Of a stretch of 64,000 bases of DNA, positions 61,678-64,000 are shown piece by piece. The position numbers were made by a program, and so were the translations under genes. Numbering within the stretch: position 1 is the first letter of the stretch; the number at the start of each line of letters is the position of its first letter. Source of the DNA: Eledone cirrhosa (Eukaryota); assembly GCA_964016885.1 (NCBI GenBank), contig OZ024742.1, positions 170,996,001-171,060,000 of the forward strand, in the 5' to 3' direction. The notes beneath the pieces are model-generated. The model did no database searches and was not told the DNA's origin. It saw only the letters and a list, made by a program, of their open reading frames with translations.

Positions 61678-63526
61678 GAAAACGACACTCCTTTTGATTA
61701 GTGAAACAAAATCACTGGATGCTGGAGAAGTTAATATTACTTGTGGAATTTTTCAGGGTGACTCTTTATCACCGCTTTTATTCTGCATCGCATTTATACC
61801 ATTAAGTAAAATGCTCAATGAAACAAAACATGGATATAAAGTCTATGATAAAACCATTAATCACTTGTTCTACATGGATGACATGAAACTATTTGCAAAA
61901 AATGATGAACAATTGCAAGGGCTATTATCCACTGTGGAGCAGTTCAGTGATGACATTAAAATGGAGTTTGGACTAGATAAATGCACCAAAGCAACGTTCA
62001 CCAGAGGAAAGCTGCTGAGGAGTTCAGACATTAATCTTGATCGGGGGAACGTGATAAGAGACCTTGATCAAGAAAAAATTTAGGAGACGGAATCAAGCAC
62101 TCGACAATGAGGGAAAGGATAAGGAAGGAATGTTACCGCAGAGTAAGAGCAATCTTAAGAACGGAATTGAATGCAAGCAATAGGATCGATGCCATAAACA
62201 CGCTTGCCATACCAGTAGTAACCTACAGTTACAATGTCATCAACTGGTCAAGCACAGAGATCCGTAGGCTCGATACAAAAATTCGAAAATTCTTAACCAT
62301 GCACAGAATGCATCACCCTAAGGCAGATACAGATAGAATATATCTCCCTAGGAAAGAGGGAGGACGTGGGTTAATCCAGTTAGATATTGCGTTGAAAACT
62401 GCAACAATTGGATTATCTACATATCTAAGGGAATCACATGATTGGATGATCAAACTCGTTTTGAAACACGAAAGCATCAAAAGATCATATTCCATTACAA
62501 AAGATGCACAAAAATACAGTAATGCACTACAAATTTCAGAAGTCCCATTTACTGCTGAAATGGAAAACACAGAAAAAGCAAAGCAGAAAGAACTGCTACA
62601 GAAACTGGCTAAGAAATGGCAAGAAAAGCCTCTGTATGGAAAATACCTAGAACGAGCTAACAATCCTGATGTTGACAAAACTTTAACCCATCAGTGGTTG
62701 GCATCCTCTGGACTGAAATCGGAGACTGAAGGACTGATAATATCAGCACAAGATCAGTGTCTGCAAACAAAAAATTACCAAGCCAACATGATAAAAAATG
62801 GATGCAGCCCATTATGCCGTGTATGCAAAAAACAACCAGAGACCATTGGCCATATAATTTCAATGTGCAGTCCTATAGCTCCAACCGAATACCTAAACAG
62901 GCATGACAGAGCTGCACAATACATACATTGGATAATGTGTAAGCACTTTGACCTGCCCCATCAAAAGAATTGGTGGGAGCATCAACCACCTCCCATACTT
63001 GAAAAAGATCACATCTCAATCTTGTGGAACTTTAGCATCCAAACAGACCGAAAAATAGATGCAAATACACCTGATATAATATTGAAGGACTTTAAAAAGA
63101 GGGTATGCCTGCTAATTGAAATGTCCGTTCCAATAGACAAGAATGTATCTATAAAAACATTTGAAAAATTGAGCAAGTATAAGGACCTGGAGATAGAAAT
63201 TGGAAAAATGTGGAAATTGAGAACTAAAACAATACCAGTGGTTGTAGGCGCTCTGGGAATGATACCTAAGGGGTCTAATGATTACTTATCGTAAATCCCA
63301 GGAAACCCGCGTATAGGAGAAATACAAAAGATAGTACTAATGGGAACTGCCCATATACTAAGGAAGATTCTGTCAATATAAGTACATCACAAGTCTAAAT
63401 ACTAAAGATGCATGTGTGAGTATGTATGTTATTTCTTGAACATGGCGGACCTTGTTGTCTCTTGAGGTCACTGGTTGTGACTTGGTGATAACTCGTATGA
63501 ACATAAAGCAAGATAAATGCAACTGT
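61676..63526 (+). mobile_element. Second, more 5'-truncated and decayed copy of R4/Dong family A
   Basis: Highly similar to 14141-15993. Deletions near 62075 and 62585 and a nonsense codon at 63292. (TAA)n on both sides. Confidence 0.92.
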
Positions 63527-63548
63527 AATAATAATAATAATAATAATA

Positions 63549-63888
63549 AAGCCTGCCCATTTGACACGAGAGTGCAAGAAAAGGAGAGGGAGAATATTAA
63601 CCGATACGAGGACTTAAAGTGGGAGGTAAAAATGATTTGGAACTGCCATGAAGTCAGAGTCGTCCCGATTGTCATAGGCGCACTAGGTACTATCTCAAAG
63701 AGTTTTCAAGGATGGTTAAAGAAAGGTAGTCCAGCCCCGCTTTTTGGAACACTTCAAAAGGCATGCCTGCTGGGAACAGCAAGAACCCTCCGATACGTCC
63801 TGAATATCTGAGGCTGCAGGTAGCGGCTTGATATTCATTTCAACAAACTTTCTAGTTAAATAACATCAATGACTGAGACTCAAAGAAC
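63549..63888 (+). mobile_element. 3' fragment of R4/Dong family B (RLE domain end)
   Basis: ACPFDTRVQEKERE..RYEDLKWE..VVPIVIGALG..LQKACLLGTARTLRYVLNI*, followed by a (TAA)n tail. Confidence 0.88.
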
Positions 63889-63919
63889 AATAATAATAAT
63901 AATAATAATAATAATAGTG

Positions 63920-63982
<63 letters not shown>

Positions 63983-64000
63983 AGCCGATGCTCAAATTTG

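Overview
Eukaryotic, very AT-rich, microsatellite-dense DNA. The tRNA-derived SINE families suggest an octopod cephalopod (inference). Nearly all ORFs in the track are microsatellite artefacts. Host-gene content appears limited to the 3' end of a minus-strand gene: a 36-nt micro-exon (34341-34376) and a terminal exon (4582-4685) that join in frame to give a GPI-signal-like C-terminus. The rest is its introns and 3' region. These hold many retroelements, and each family sits in its own microsatellite class: R4/Dong-type LINEs in (TAA)n, a second R4-like family in (TACA)n, a Tx1-type LINE in (TATC)n, and Penelope-like (PLE) remnants in (TA)n. The most striking feature is about 13 long inverted repeats or palindromes. 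Most are PLE-derived, and several carry opposed minimal hammerhead ribozyme motifs on both strands. One locus has hammerhead core elements in a non-canonical order. All calls were made by eye, with no database search or RNA folding.
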